Notes: generated from the letters alone by a model not told the origin. Shown: positions 1 through 9,393, numbered from the stretch's first letter. The stretch is 64,000 nucleotides of DNA from Thiomonas intermedia (GCA_022730375.1 DZDA01000001.1:4471-68470); one strand, 5' to 3'. A program made the numbers and translations.

Positions 1-7
1 GCCTGCC

Positions 8-280
8 GTGCTGCACGCGAACACCCCTGCCGACGCCGCCGACCTGTCCCGGCTGCGTTGGCGCGCGCGGCGCGGCATGCTGGAGAACGATCTGATTCTG
101 CAGCGCTACTTTGCCCAACGCGAAACGCAGCTCAGCAGCGAAGAGGCGGCGGCGCTCAATGGCTTGCTCGCGCTGGACGACAACACGCTCTTGGATCTTT
201 TCATGCGCAAAACACCGCTCCCGGAAGATCTGGATTCGTCGCAGGTCCGGGACTTGCTTGACACCTTGCAGCGCTTGTGA
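8..280 (+). CDS. sdhE: Succinate dehydrogenase flavinylation/assembly factor (SdhE/YgfY)
   Basis: 90 aa with [15 protein letters not shown] (RGxxE motif); directly upstream of gltA as in the sdh-gltA cluster. Confidence 0.9.
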   Translation: MLHANTPADAADLSRLRWRARRGMLENDLILQRYFAQRETQLSSEEAAALNGLLALDDNTLLDLFMRKTPLPEDLDSSQVRDLLDTLQRL

Positions 281-362
281 GCCCGCAAGTGCGGGCTTGC
301 GTCATTCCGTCCCCGGGGTCTGCCTCCGGGAGCCTCATTACACAGTCCCCGGAGATTTCAAA

Positions 363-1676
363 ATGACCCCTTCAAGCGATAAAGCCACGCTCTCGTTCAG
401 CGACGGAGCGCCCAGCGTTGACCTGCCGATTTACAAAGGCGCCATCGGCCCGGACGTGATCGACATCCGCAAGCTTTACGGCCAGACCGGCAAGTTCACC
501 TACGACCCGGGCTTTCTGTCCACCGCCTCGTGCAGCTCGGCCATCACCTATATCGACGGCGACAAGGGCGAACTGCTTTACCGCGGCTACCCCATCGACC
601 AGATCGCCGTGCAGTGCGATTACATGGAAACCTGCTACCTGATCCTGTACGGCGAGCTGCCCAACCCGGTGCAGAAAGCGGCGTTCAAGAAGCGCATCAC
701 GCAGCACACCATGGTGAACGAGCAGATGCAGTTTTTTCTGCGCGGTTTCCGCCGTGACGCCCATCCGATGGCGGTGCTTACCGGGCTGGTCGGCGCCATG
801 TCGGCGTTTTACCCCGACTCGATCAACGTCAACGACCCCGAGCAACGCGACATCTCGGCCATTCGCCTCATCGCCAAGATGCCCACCCTGGTGGCCATGG
901 CCTACAAGTACAACATGGGCCAACCCTATATGTACCCGCAGAACAAGTTGAGCTACGCCGCCAACTTCATGCGCATGATGTGGGCCACGCCCTGCGAAGA
1001 CTTCGAGCCCAACCCGGTGATCGAGCGCGCGCTCGACCGCATTTTCATCCTGCACGCCGACCACGAGCAAAACGCCTCCACATCGACGGTGCGCTTGTGC
1101 GCCTCCAGCGGCACCAACCCGTTTGCCGCCATCGCCGCCGGCGTGGCCTGTCTGTGGGGCCCGGCGCACGGCGGGGCGAATGAAGCCTGTCTGAACATGC
1201 TTGACGACATTCAGGCCAAGGGCGGCGTGGCCAAGATCGGCGAATTCATCGCCAACGTCAAAGACAAGAACTCCTCGGTGCGGCTGATGGGCTTCGGCCA
1301 CCGCGTCTACAAGAACTACGATCCGCGCGCCAAGCTCATGCGCGAGACCTGCCACGAAGTGCTCGACGCCCTGGGCCTGCACAACGATCCGCTGTTCAAG
1401 CTGGCGATGACGCTTGAAAAAATTGCGCTGGAAGACGACTACTTCATCGAGCGCAAGCTCTATCCCAACGTCGACTTCTATTCGGGCATCGTGCAGAAGG
1501 CCATCGGCGTGCCGGTGTCGCTGTTCACCGCCAACTTCGCGTTGGCGCGCACCGTGGGCTGGATCGCGCAGCTCAACGAAATGCTCACCGATCCCGAGTA
1601 CAAGATCGGCCGTCCGCGCCAACTGTTCACCGGTTCGGTGCGCCGTGACGTCAAGCCGATCGCGGAACGGGGTTGA
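363..1676 (+). CDS. gltA: Citrate synthase
   Basis: [39 protein letters not shown] motifs; ATG 363 follows GGAGA SD. Confidence 0.97.
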   Translation: MTPSSDKATLSFSDGAPSVDLPIYKGAIGPDVIDIRKLYGQTGKFTYDPGFLSTASCSSAITYIDGDKGELLYRGYPIDQIAVQCDYMETCYLILYGELPNPVQKAAFKKRITQHTMVNEQMQFFLRGFRRDAHPMAVLTGLVGAMSAFYPDSINVNDPEQRDISAIRLIAKMPTLVAMAYKYNMGQPYMYPQNKLSYAANFMRMMWATPCEDFEPNPVIERALDRIFILHADHEQNASTSTVRLCASSGTNPFAAIAAGVACLWGPAHGGANEACLNMLDDIQAKGGVAKIGEFIANVKDKNSSVRLMGFGHRVYKNYDPRAKLMRETCHEVLDALGLHNDPLFKLAMTLEKIALEDDYFIERKLYPNVDFYSGIVQKAIGVPVSLFTANFALARTVGWIAQLNEMLTDPEYKIGRPRQLFTGSVRRDVKPIAERG

Positions 1677-1932
1677 ACGGCAGCATCCGCAGCTTGCCTT
1701 CGGGTTGCAGCGCGACACACGAAACGCAGTGCGGCCATTGCCTGCCTGGAAAATCTGGGGTCAAGTCAGATAGGGCGAATCACGGCGAACACGTCGTTCG
1801 GCAAGATGCCCGCTGCCCTTGCAGTGAGAGGCGCAGGGCGCACCGTGGCGTGTTGCGCCACAAGTGGACTGCAACGTGGCAGTCCGCCGCCCAGACCACT
1901 GGCCCGACCACCGCCTATTGAACGATCCTGGC

Positions 1933-2436
1933 TTATGCCAATTCAGTACCTGCTCCAGGCAACTGAAGCCGGGTTTCGTTCTTGACTTCGCGCAGCGCGA
2001 CTGCTGTCTTCATTTGCCTGACGCCATTGATCTTGAGCATGAAGCGCGCCAGAAAGCGATCAAAGGCTGTCGGATCGGGCATGTAGATTTTCAGCAGGTA
2101 ATCCGCATCGCCGGTAATGACCCAGCATTCCAGGATCTCTGGCGTTGCGCGCACTGCGCGCTCGAACTCGGCAACGACATTCTCCGAATGCTTTTCCAAG
2201 CTGACCTGCGTGAACATGCAGCAATGCAACCCCACCTTCTTGCGATCCAGTATGGCGGCGTAGCGAACGATCAGGCCGCTTTCCTCGATGTCGCGCAGGC
2301 GCCGCCAGCAGGGCGGCGCGGACAGTCCAACCGACTCCGCGAGCGCCTGGACCGTGATGCGTCCTTCCCTCTGGACGACGTCGATCATGTGGCGAACATA
2401 GCGATCCTGAAGCAGATCGGACGTTTCTTTCGACAT
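1933..2436 (-). CDS. Lrp/AsnC family transcriptional regulator
   Basis: N-terminal HTH (EGRITVQALAESVGLSAPPCWRRLRDIEESGLI) and RAM domain (ECWVITGDADYLLK). Confidence 0.92.
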   Translation of the reverse strand: MSKETSDLLQDRYVRHMIDVVQREGRITVQALAESVGLSAPPCWRRLRDIEESGLIVRYAAILDRKKVGLHCCMFTQVSLEKHSENVVAEFERAVRATPEILECWVITGDADYLLKIYMPDPTAFDRFLARFMLKINGVRQMKTAVALREVKNETRLQLPGAGTELA

Positions 2437-2589
2437 GGCGTATTTGGTGGAAAGGTTTTTTCTGTATGTGCCGGCCTGGCGCAGTATCTAATACTTTTCT
2501 TAGGTGGTATTGAGAATAGGATAAACCCGACATTTTCAATCGACCTTCAGTCGACCCTTGCTGCGCAGTTATCGTAAAGGAGTCCCATC

Positions 2590-3735
2590 TTGAACACTTT
2601 GCATCGTTGTGCGCTCTCCGTCCTGCTCGTGGCAACAGCAGCAGTGCCAGCGACTGCGGCGACCACGGTGGTCACCATCGGCACCGCAGGGCCGCTCACC
2701 GGGCCGCAGTCCGCCTATGGGCAGGACGCGGTCAACGGCGTGATCCTGGCGATCAAGACCCTCAATGCCGAGCACGCCGAGATCGACGGCAAACCGGTGC
2801 TGTGGACGGACGATGCCGAGGACGATCAGGCCGACCCCCAGCAGGCCACCGTGGTGGCGCAGAAATTCGTCGACGAAAAGGTCAATGGCGTCGTCGGCCA
2901 TCTGGACTCTGGCTGCACCTATCCGGCCTCGCGCATCTACGACCGGGCCGGCATCCCGGAGATCACACCGTCCTCCACCGACCCGAAAATCGCGCAGCAA
3001 GGTTTCAAGACCTTCTTCCGCATGCTGGCCAATGACGACGCCATCGGCGCCGGTCTGGCGCAGTACGCGGCGCACACCCTGCACCTCAAGACTGTCGCCG
3101 TGGTCGATGACGGCACCGCCTATGGACAAGGCATCGCCAAGGTGTTTTCCGCAGATGCCAAAAAGGACGGCCTGCGCGTCGTCGACCGCGAACACACCAG
3201 CGACCACGCCACCGACTTCAGCGCCATTCTCACCAAGATCAAGGCCGATCATCCGGCGCTGATTTTCTACGGCGGTGCGTACACCCAGGCCGGTCCGATG
3301 CTGCGCCAGATGCAGCAGCTCGGCATCAAGAGCCGGTTCATGGGCGGTGATGGCATCTGCACCAGCGAACTGGCCAAGCTGGCTGGTGCGGCGGTCAACG
3401 GCGTCATCTGTGCCGAAGGCGGCGCACCGCTGAAGGACATGCAGGGCGGGCTCGCGTGGAAGGCGCGCTACGTCAAGGCGTTCGGAGCCGGGGCCCTGCA
3501 ACCGTTCTCGTCCTACGCCTACGACGCCACCATGGTGCTGGCGCAGGCCATGATGAAGGCCAAGTCATCCGATCCCAAGGTCTATCTGCCCTTCATCCGC
3601 AACATCGACTACGACGGCGTGACCAAGAAGCACATCCGCTTCACTGCCACTGGTGAATTGGTGCATCCGGTCATCACCCTGTCGCAGTTCGAGGGGGGAC
3701 TAAAAGCGCCGCTGGCGGTGGAGAGTGTGCAGTGA
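2590..3735 (+). CDS. Branched-chain amino acid ABC-type substrate-binding protein (LivK/LivJ-like), no permease nearby
   Basis: Signal peptide; GPLTGPQSAYG, DDQADPQQA, VVGHLDSG, YAYDA; TTG start after AAGGAG SD. Confidence 0.9.
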   Translation: MNTLHRCALSVLLVATAAVPATAATTVVTIGTAGPLTGPQSAYGQDAVNGVILAIKTLNAEHAEIDGKPVLWTDDAEDDQADPQQATVVAQKFVDEKVNGVVGHLDSGCTYPASRIYDRAGIPEITPSSTDPKIAQQGFKTFFRMLANDDAIGAGLAQYAAHTLHLKTVAVVDDGTAYGQGIAKVFSADAKKDGLRVVDREHTSDHATDFSAILTKIKADHPALIFYGGAYTQAGPMLRQMQQLGIKSRFMGGDGICTSELAKLAGAAVNGVICAEGGAPLKDMQGGLAWKARYVKAFGAGALQPFSSYAYDATMVLAQAMMKAKSSDPKVYLPFIRNIDYDGVTKKHIRFTATGELVHPVITLSQFEGGLKAPLAVESVQ

Positions 3736-3807
3736 GGACGTGCAACCGTCGTTGAATGCGGTTGTAACTCTCTATTTCAACTTTCTGTCTACACGGAGGT
3801 GATTGCC

Positions 3808-4590
3808 ATGTATGCCGACTCTGATGCCGAGTTCAGTGGGAAACGCTCGTCCAACTACCAGGACGCCCTGCGCATTTATCCGGAAGCATGGCACCATGAT
3901 TTGAGACTGATGCACGACATGCTGCAACCAAGACCGGGAGAATCCATTGTGGAGGTTGGTGCTGGTACGGGTTACTTCAGCCGAGAGATCGTCGGATCGG
4001 TTGGGACGAACGGCCGACTGGACATCGTTGATCCCGCGCCAGAGCAGACGCAAGGGCTTGCCGAGATCCTGTCGCGCAATGTTCGCATCCACCATCAGGC
4101 CGCAGAAGATCTGGATCTGGCGTTCAAGGGTTTCGACGCTGTATGGAGCCGCGGCGCCATCCATCATGTCAGCGACAAAACGCGGGCGTTTGAGCGATTC
4201 GCCGCGCACACCAAACCTGGCGGTCGGTTGGTGATCACTGACATCTTCGCCGGTACGTCTTTGGCCCGTTATTTCGACAGCTTCATCGCCCGCTCTTGCT
4301 TGACTGGTCATGAGGTATCGTTCCTATCGCAAGAATTTGCCACCACGCTTTGCGGATTGACTGGATGGAACCGTCCAGCGTTCTACGACAACACCGCACG
4401 GTGGCGATTCCAGGATTGTCAACATCTGGGCCGATTCCTGCGCTTGTTGTTTTCCGCCAGGCCGCAGTACTCAGACGAGGATTGCCTTGAAGGCGTTCGA
4501 GATTTCCTGACCGTGCAGGAAATGGATGGGAGCTGCACCTTGCTTTGGCCGATGACCACGTTGGTTGCGCATCGGACAGCGGCGCATTGA
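3808..4590 (+). CDS. Class I SAM-dependent methyltransferase, substrate unknown
   Basis: Motif I IVEVGAGTG, FDAVWSRGAIHH, KPGGRLVITD; GGAGGT SD before ATG 3808. Confidence 0.85.
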   Translation: MYADSDAEFSGKRSSNYQDALRIYPEAWHHDLRLMHDMLQPRPGESIVEVGAGTGYFSREIVGSVGTNGRLDIVDPAPEQTQGLAEILSRNVRIHHQAAEDLDLAFKGFDAVWSRGAIHHVSDKTRAFERFAAHTKPGGRLVITDIFAGTSLARYFDSFIARSCLTGHEVSFLSQEFATTLCGLTGWNRPAFYDNTARWRFQDCQHLGRFLRLLFSARPQYSDEDCLEGVRDFLTVQEMDGSCTLLWPMTTLVAHRTAAH

Positions 4591-5988
4591 ATGACACGAA
4601 TGTCACAATCTGAAACTCAAACGGAAGTTTCAACGCAACTCGCGGGCGATTCATCCTCTTCTTCGCTCGGTCTGCTGCTTGCCGTCTCCCTCGGCCTGTC
4701 CATGGTGCAGCTCGACATCACCGTGGTCAACGTCGCGCTGCCGCAGATTCATCGCGAACTGCACACCAGTCTGTCTGGCCTGCAGTGGGTGAGCGACGCT
4801 TACGCCTTGAGCTTCAGCAGCCTGATGCTGGGCGCAGGCGAGCTGGCCGACCTCTACGGGCGCAAGCGCGTGTACATCATCGGTCTGGTGGTGTTCGTGC
4901 TGGCCTCGCTGCTGTGTGCTCTGTCTCCGAGCCTGGCTTGGCTGAACGCCGCGCGGGTGGTTCAGGGCGTGGGCGCTGCGGCGCTTCTGCCCAACTCCTT
5001 GGCCATTCTGCGGCAGGCTTTCTTCGATGCGCGCCTGCGGGCGCGGGCCATCGGCCTGTGGGCGGGCATTTCCGGGGTGGCTCTGGTGGCCGGGCCGACG
5101 CTGGGTGGCGTGCTGGTGGATGCGCTGGGCTGGCGGGCGATCTTCTGGATCAATCTGCCGGTCGGACTGGCCGCGTTGCTGCTGACCGCGCGCTCGGTGC
5201 GCGAGTCCCACGGCGATACCCAGCGGCGGCTGGACGCGGGCGGGCAGGCGCTGGCCACGGTGTGCTTGGCCGCCCTGTTGTTCGCCTTGATCGAAGGTCA
5301 CGCGCTGGGTTGGGCAGCGCCGTCCATCCTGCTGGCTGCCGCTGCCACCGTGTTGGCCGGCGGACTCTTTGTCTGGTGGGAAGGCCGCGTGGCCCAGCCG
5401 CTGATTCCGCTAGCCTTCTTTCGCCGCCCGGCGTTCACCGGGGCCAATGCGGCGGCGGGCCTGATGAACTTCGGCGTCATGGGCATGCTGTTCGCCATGA
5501 GTCTGTTCTTCCAGCATGTGCAGGGCCTGTCGGCAGCGCAGGCCGGAGTGCGGCTGAGCGTGATGTTCCTGCCCTTCGTGGTGCTGGTGTCTTTTGGCGG
5601 GCGGTTGGTCGGGCGCTTTGGTGCGCGCTGGACGTCCGTGGCCGGCCTGGCACTCATGGGCATCGCCTATCTCGGTCTGGCGCGTGTGCAGGCGCAGACC
5701 CCTTTCCTGGAGATGGCGCCCTGGTTGCTGCTGGCGGGGCTGGGCCTGGTGCCCGCCATGCCGGCTGTGGTGCATGCGGCCATCGATGCGGTGCCGCCGG
5801 AGCGCGCCGGCATGGCTTCGGCGGTGAACAACACGGCGCGGCAGGCTGCAGGCGCACTGGGCATCGCCCTGCTCGGCGGCTTCCTGCACTTGCAAGCTGG
5901 AGGCATGGCGGGCACAGCTGCGGCGCTACTCGGAGCGGCGCTGGCCCTGCTGGCCGGGGCGTTCATCGCGGCCTGGACAGTGAGATGA
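4591..5988 (+). CDS. MFS efflux transporter, DHA2 (EmrB/QacA) family
   Basis: LDITVVNVALP, GELADLYGRKR (motif A), GPTLGG; many hydrophobic helices. Confidence 0.92.
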   Translation: MTRMSQSETQTEVSTQLAGDSSSSSLGLLLAVSLGLSMVQLDITVVNVALPQIHRELHTSLSGLQWVSDAYALSFSSLMLGAGELADLYGRKRVYIIGLVVFVLASLLCALSPSLAWLNAARVVQGVGAAALLPNSLAILRQAFFDARLRARAIGLWAGISGVALVAGPTLGGVLVDALGWRAIFWINLPVGLAALLLTARSVRESHGDTQRRLDAGGQALATVCLAALLFALIEGHALGWAAPSILLAAAATVLAGGLFVWWEGRVAQPLIPLAFFRRPAFTGANAAAGLMNFGVMGMLFAMSLFFQHVQGLSAAQAGVRLSVMFLPFVVLVSFGGRLVGRFGARWTSVAGLALMGIAYLGLARVQAQTPFLEMAPWLLLAGLGLVPAMPAVVHAAIDAVPPERAGMASAVNNTARQAAGALGIALLGGFLHLQAGGMAGTAAALLGAALALLAGAFIAAWTVR

Positions 5989-6101
5989 ACGCACCACATC
6001 GGGTCAAATGGAGCATCACCTGCACTGGACTGTCATCGAACGTGCGGGCGGCGCACAGAGTCAACGGCCTACTGACTTACATCGGTGCATAGGAGCGCTA
6101 T

Positions 6102-7502
6102 ATGAATGCCAAGACGAAAGGTGAAATTGCACAACTCATCGCCCATTTGAAACAACGCTTCGGGGACCGATGCGCACTCGGTCAAGCCATTCGCGATCAG
6201 CACGGAAAAGATGTCTCCTTTCATCCGACGCGTCCCCCTGATGCCGTCGTCTTTGCACAGTCTACGCAAGAAGTCGCAGCAGTCGTCACGCTCTGCCACG
6301 CATCGTCAATTCCGGTCATTCCATTCGGCACTGGAACCTCATGTGAAGGTGGAGTGGGCGCGATCGAAGGCGGCATCTGTATCGATCTGTCGCACATGAG
6401 CGCCATCCTCCAGGTCAACACGGCAGATTTCGATTGCCGCGTGCAGGCCGGAGTGACGCGAAAACAGTTGAACGCCGAACTGCATGGGACCGGGCTTCAC
6501 TTTCCAATCGATCCGGGCGCGGATGCCTCGTTAGGCGGTATGGCGTCGACACGCGCGTCAGGTACGAACGCGGTGCGTTATGGCACGATGCGTGACAATG
6601 TCATGTCACTTCAGGTCGTGATGGCCAATGGAGAGGTTATCGAAACTGGCGGGCGTGCCAAGAAATCAGCAGCCGGGTATGACTTGACCCGTCTGTTTAC
6701 TGGTGCGGAAGGAACCTTGGGAATCATCACTGAGTTGACGCTCAGGCAGCACCCACTGCCGGAATGTGTCAGTGCGGCCCGATGCGGCTTCCCTAGTTTG
6801 GAGGCCGCAATCGAAACGGTCATCCAGGTGATTCAAGCTGGCATTCCCCTTGGCCGCATCGAATTTCTGGATGAACTACAAGTTACAGCCTGCAATCGGT
6901 ATTCGAAGCTTGATCTGCCCGAAATGCCAACATTGTTCTTCGAGTTTCAGGGCTCACCGGCAAGCCTCGCGGAACAAGTCGAGATGGTAGAGGCTATCGC
7001 GGACGATAACGGCGGCGCAGGCTATACCTCCGCCACGACAACTGAGGCGCGCGCCCAACTCTGGCAGGCACGACATGACGTGTGGTGGGCAGCTTTGGCC
7101 CTGCGCCCGGGATGCCAAGGCATACCAACCGATGCGTGTGTACCGATTTCAAAGCTTGGTGAGGCCGCTGCTGCGGCTCAGCAGGACGTTCTGGACTTAG
7201 GTCTCATCGCGCCGATGTGCGGCCATGTCGGTGACGGCAATTTCCACCTGTGTATCGTCGTCAATCCAGACGATGCCGAAGAAATGTCGCGAGCCGAGGA
7301 TCTCAATGCCCGACTGATGCGCCGCGCGATCAGCCTTGGCGGAACCTGCACGGGGGAACATGGCATCGGGTATGGAAAACTGGACTTTCTTGAGTTGGAG
7401 CGCGGGCTGTCAATGCATGCCATGGTGGCAATCAAACGCGCCCTGGACCCTCGCAACATCATGAATCCGGGCAAGGTTCTACGCTTCGCGGCCGTGCCGT
7501 GA
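6102..7502 (+). CDS. FAD-linked oxidase, D-lactate dehydrogenase (cytochrome)/GlcD family
   Basis: PFGTGTSCEG, DPGADASLGGMASTRASGT, GHVGDGNFH, GEHGIG, DPRNIMNPGK. Confidence 0.92.
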   Translation: MNAKTKGEIAQLIAHLKQRFGDRCALGQAIRDQHGKDVSFHPTRPPDAVVFAQSTQEVAAVVTLCHASSIPVIPFGTGTSCEGGVGAIEGGICIDLSHMSAILQVNTADFDCRVQAGVTRKQLNAELHGTGLHFPIDPGADASLGGMASTRASGTNAVRYGTMRDNVMSLQVVMANGEVIETGGRAKKSAAGYDLTRLFTGAEGTLGIITELTLRQHPLPECVSAARCGFPSLEAAIETVIQVIQAGIPLGRIEFLDELQVTACNRYSKLDLPEMPTLFFEFQGSPASLAEQVEMVEAIADDNGGAGYTSATTTEARAQLWQARHDVWWAALALRPGCQGIPTDACVPISKLGEAAAAAQQDVLDLGLIAPMCGHVGDGNFHLCIVVNPDDAEEMSRAEDLNARLMRRAISLGGTCTGEHGIGYGKLDFLELERGLSMHAMVAIKRALDPRNIMNPGKVLRFAAVP

Positions 7503-7588
7503 GCACTCTGAGTGCGCCTGCCGTCTACGATGCGGTTAGGCCTGAGTTCCAGCGCCTGCTCTTCTCGCTTCCTATAAACAGTCCGAGT

Positions 7589-8413
7589 TCAAACTTCCGT
7601 TGGCGGTAGCAGCAACACCAGTTTGTAGTCCGGTTGCAGCGCGGCGCGCAGGGTTAACTGTTCGTAGACCAGTCGGCCGCGCCGCGGGTGCATGAAGCCG
7701 CGCGCGCCGCCCTCGCGTTCCTGCACGTCGTTGCGCTTCCACAGTGCGGCAAACTCCGGGCTGCGCGCGCCGAGTTCGTCGATCAGTTCACGCATCGGCG
7801 CGGCCTGCAGTCGTGCGGCGCAGTCGGCGCGGAATTCGGCCACCAGGCGTTGCGAACGCTCGTTCCAGTTCTCGATCAGGGTGCGCGCTTTCGTGCTGAA
7901 AAACAAAAAGCGCAGCAGATTGGGCGCGGCCTCGGGGGTGTCGTCGCCTGCCTGCCAATCGAGAAACAGATCGGCGGCGGGGGCATTGCCGGCCACCACG
8001 TCCCACCGCTGATTCAGCACATAGGCCGGATGCCCCATCGCGTGCACGCTGCGCAGCACGACATCAACCGCCTTGGGAGGCGCCGAGGGTTCACTCGGGT
8101 CGCGCCGTCGGGCCAGTTCGAACAGGTAAGCCCGTTCGGCCGTGCTGAGTTGCAGCGCCTGTGCCAGTCGCTTCAGCGTCTTGGTTGACGCGGCGACAGA
8201 GCGGCCCTGTTCCAGCCAGGTGATCCAGGTGGCGCTGACGCCGCAGAGCGAGGCGAGTTCTTCCCGTCGCAGGCCGGGCGCTCGCCGCCGCCCCGTCGCA
8301 GGCAGACCCGCAGCGGCAGGTGAAAGGCGGTTGCGGTGCAAACGGATGAACTCGCCGAGAAGGCGACTGCCCTGGTGCGGATTTGCGGGCATGGAGGATG
8401 GCGGCGACGACAT
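7589..8413 (-). CDS. XRE/MmyB-family transcriptional regulator (HTH plus ligand-binding domain)
   Basis: RRRAPGLRREELASLCGVSATWITWLEQGR, PAYVLNQRWDVVAGN, SPEFAALW. Confidence 0.92.
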   Translation of the reverse strand: MSSPPSSMPANPHQGSRLLGEFIRLHRNRLSPAAAGLPATGRRRAPGLRREELASLCGVSATWITWLEQGRSVAASTKTLKRLAQALQLSTAERAYLFELARRRDPSEPSAPPKAVDVVLRSVHAMGHPAYVLNQRWDVVAGNAPAADLFLDWQAGDDTPEAAPNLLRFLFFSTKARTLIENWNERSQRLVAEFRADCAARLQAAPMRELIDELGARSPEFAALWKRNDVQEREGGARGFMHPRRGRLVYEQLTLRAALQPDYKLVLLLPPTEV

Positions 8414-8470
8414 GGTGGTTCACAAAGGCGAAGGCGAAGACGAAAGCGGGCTCCCAGGCTGGTGGGTTTT

Positions 8471-8505
8471 TATACCAGGATATTTTGTCATCTTGTACCA
8501 GGAAA
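8471..8505. promoter_or_regulatory. Candidate operator for the MmyB-like regulator (direct repeat TACCAGGA x2)
   Basis: TACCAGGA at 8473-8480 and 8496-8503 in the AT-rich divergent intergenic region. Confidence 0.55.
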
Positions 8506-8558
8506 AATACCGGATTATCTTTGGCCCTTTCGTCGTTGCCTCGTCTTGGAGCACCCTC

Positions 8559-9377
8559 ATGAAACAGCACGCCTTGGCCGCCCATCAGTTCGGCGCCACC
8601 GCCGCCGCCTACCTCACCAGCGCCGTTCATGCGCAGGGACAGGATCTGCAGCGTCTTGGTGCGATGGTGCAGAAAGAGCACCCCTGCCGTGCGCTCGATC
8701 TCGGTTGCGGGGCCGGACACGCCAGCTTCGCCCTGGCGGCCGCGGGCGCGCAGGTCACCGCCTTGGACCTGTCGTCTGCGATGCTCGCAATCGTGACGCA
8801 AGAGGCGGCAACTCGCGGCCTGCACGGTCTGCAGACTTGCCAGGGTCCGGCCGACAAACTGCCCTTCCCGGATGCCGTCTTCGATCTGGTGGTCACCCGT
8901 TTTTCCGCGCATCACTGGCCTGATGTTCCTGCCGCATTGCGCGAAATGCGCCGGGTTATCAAGCCGCAGGGCACGCTGGTCATCATCGACGTCGTGGCCC
9001 TGGAGTCGCCGCTGTGCGACACCCTGCTGCAGACGGTGGAGATATTGCGCGACGCCTCGCATGTGCGCGATTACCGCGCGTCCGAGTGGAGCGCCATGCT
9101 GCAGCAGGCGGGCTTTGCCGCGCCCACTATGGATGGCTGGAGTCTGACCATGGAATTCGCCTCGTGGGTGGCGCGCATGCGTACCCCGGAGCTGCGCGTG
9201 CAGGCCATCCGCGACGTGTGGGCGCAGGCGCCGCAGGAGGCGCGCGAGGCGATGCGCGTTCAGCCGGATGGATCGTTCGATCTGTCGGTCGCGTGGATGC
9301 AAACCCAGCCGAGCACGGCTGAAGTGCTCCAACTAAAATCAACCTTTCATGACAAGTCTTGCGCGCGCCGCGCGTAG
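8559..9377 (+). CDS. yafE: YafE/YcgJ-like SAM-dependent methyltransferase
   Basis: [65 protein letters not shown] resemble E. coli YafE as recalled. Confidence 0.8.
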   Translation: MKQHALAAHQFGATAAAYLTSAVHAQGQDLQRLGAMVQKEHPCRALDLGCGAGHASFALAAAGAQVTALDLSSAMLAIVTQEAATRGLHGLQTCQGPADKLPFPDAVFDLVVTRFSAHHWPDVPAALREMRRVIKPQGTLVIIDVVALESPLCDTLLQTVEILRDASHVRDYRASEWSAMLQQAGFAAPTMDGWSLTMEFASWVARMRTPELRVQAIRDVWAQAPQEAREAMRVQPDGSFDLSVAWMQTQPSTAEVLQLKSTFHDKSCARRA

Positions 9378-9393
9378 GACGCAGGAGATCCCG

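Noticed and set aside
111-362. Upstream extensions given by the ORF track for gltA (also yafE, pyrD, soxD, aat, hslO, folD, prlC)
   Set aside because: They overlap neighbouring genes and lack family similarity; downstream starts with SD sequences or family-typical N-termini were chosen
3808-4590. Arsenite methyltransferase (ArsM) call
   Set aside because: ArsM-type Cys positions and ars gene context are not evident
1677-9393. Prophage, ICE or transposon origin for the accessory block
   Set aside because: No integrase, transposase, att-like direct repeats or terminal inverted repeats found
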